Source: an uncultured archaeon
GTDB lineage: Archaea > Thermoproteota > Bathyarchaeia > Bathyarchaeales > Bathycorpusculaceae
Assembly (NCBI GenBank): GCA_963810275.1
Contig: CAWENF010000027.1
Location: 1 to 64,000, forward strand
Direction: 5' to 3'
Length of the DNA: 64,000 bases
Below the pieces are notes generated by a model. That model made no database searches and was not told the DNA's origin. It saw nothing but the letters and a program-made list of their open reading frames with translations. A program made the translations under genes and the position numbers. This document shows positions 63,511 to 64,000 of the stretch, piece by piece (positions within the stretch are counted from its first letter, which is position 1; the number at the start of each line of letters is the position of its first letter).

Positions 63511-64000
63511 TTAGCGGTGAAATGCTGACATGACTCGCCAGAGATTATAGTTTAGGGCGGTTCGAGTCATGATTTTGCTGTACAGGTTGCCCCTGAGATA
63601 TCCTTTGTTTGCTTGCCGCAGAATGTATGTAGTATTGTAGAATTTGTTGTAGAACTGGCGCCGCATCTCCGCGATTTCTTTTGCTGGCAGGTTGGGGTCT
63701 TCGTAGATGGCGTTCATGGTGTTGTAAGTTTTCCAGTCCTGCGACATAGGCCATCCATTCTTCACTACAATTTCCCGCAGGTGAGTCCCCGGGTATGGCG
63801 TGGCATGGCAAAGCCAAACATCATCTGGTTTAAGTTTACCTGCAAAATCCAGTGTTTCTTGCAGTGTCTCGCGAGTTTCGCCTGGGTAACCTAAAATTAC
63901 TGAGACCGTGACAAACATACCTGCGTCTTTTGCCCATTGGATGGCGTTTTGGATTTGCTGGTTTGTGACGCCTTTTTTGAGGATTGCCCGCATGCTTGCG
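63511..64000 (-). CDS. Radical SAM enzyme, C-terminal part (likely B12-dependent; runs off the window)
   Basis: ILGYPGET, ATPYPGT, RRQFYNKFY resemble the C-termini of the 37.6 kb and 40.4 kb paralogs. Confidence 0.75.
   Translation of the reverse strand, partial: ASMRAILKKGVTNQQIQNAIQWAKDAGMFVTVSVILGYPGETRETLQETLDFAGKLKPDDVWLCHATPYPGTHLREIVVKNGWPMSQDWKTYNTMNAIYEDPNLPAKEIAEMRRQFYNKFYNTTYILRQANKGYLRGNLYSKIMTRTALNYNLWRVMSAFHR

Noticed and set aside
1-64000. CRISPR array, rRNA, transposase or integrase
   Set aside because: No regularly spaced repeats, rRNA-like sequence or recombinase/transposase motifs were seen
1-64000. Pyrrolysine or selenocysteine recoding, given the methyltransferase genes
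   Set aside because: TAG ends full-length conserved genes (M42 peptidase, archease, rnfC); broken genes are explained by frameshifts or multi-lesion decay rather than single in-frame TAG/TGA

Overview
Archaeal chromosomal window, most consistent with Candidatus Bathyarchaeia (inferred from rpl35Ae, a GPN GTPase, archease, EndoQ, an intron-containing tRNA-Gly with a canonical BHB motif, MtrH, many TTG/GTG starts and oligo-T terminators). The left part (1-26 kb) is largely housekeeping: a gluconeogenesis/glycogen region (DUF2090 aldolase-like, glpX, bacterial-type gap, pgk, GT4s, GH57, DUF5752), hypA with an Mrp-type ATPase, endoQ, tldD/pmbA, an M42 peptidase, adk and an orphan TIR-domain gene. 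The middle holds a ClC channel, a MarR-MFS unit with two palindromic operators and two GT-C-like membrane proteins. The right part (about 35.9-64 kb) is unusually dense in cobalamin, SAM and Fe-S chemistry: a stand-alone B12-binding protein with MtrH, two complete B12-dependent radical SAM genes and a third partial relative, bacterial-type MetK, CbiZ with a ferredoxin, two paralogous Cys-motif TIM-barrel proteins, a nitrilase, a glutaminase-less asparagine-synthetase-like ligase, a SPASM radical SAM, a HemN-like radical SAM, a two-gene rnfD-rnfC unit and a tandem pair of membrane proteins. This cluster is the best candidate for an undescribed system (corrinoid remodelling or methylation-based biosynthesis); that assignment is inference. 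Many genes carry single indels that are probably sequencing errors, and several intergenic gaps contain genuinely decayed pseudogenes. No CRISPR array, rRNA or mobile element was seen. All family assignments are from motif recognition by eye; no searches were run.
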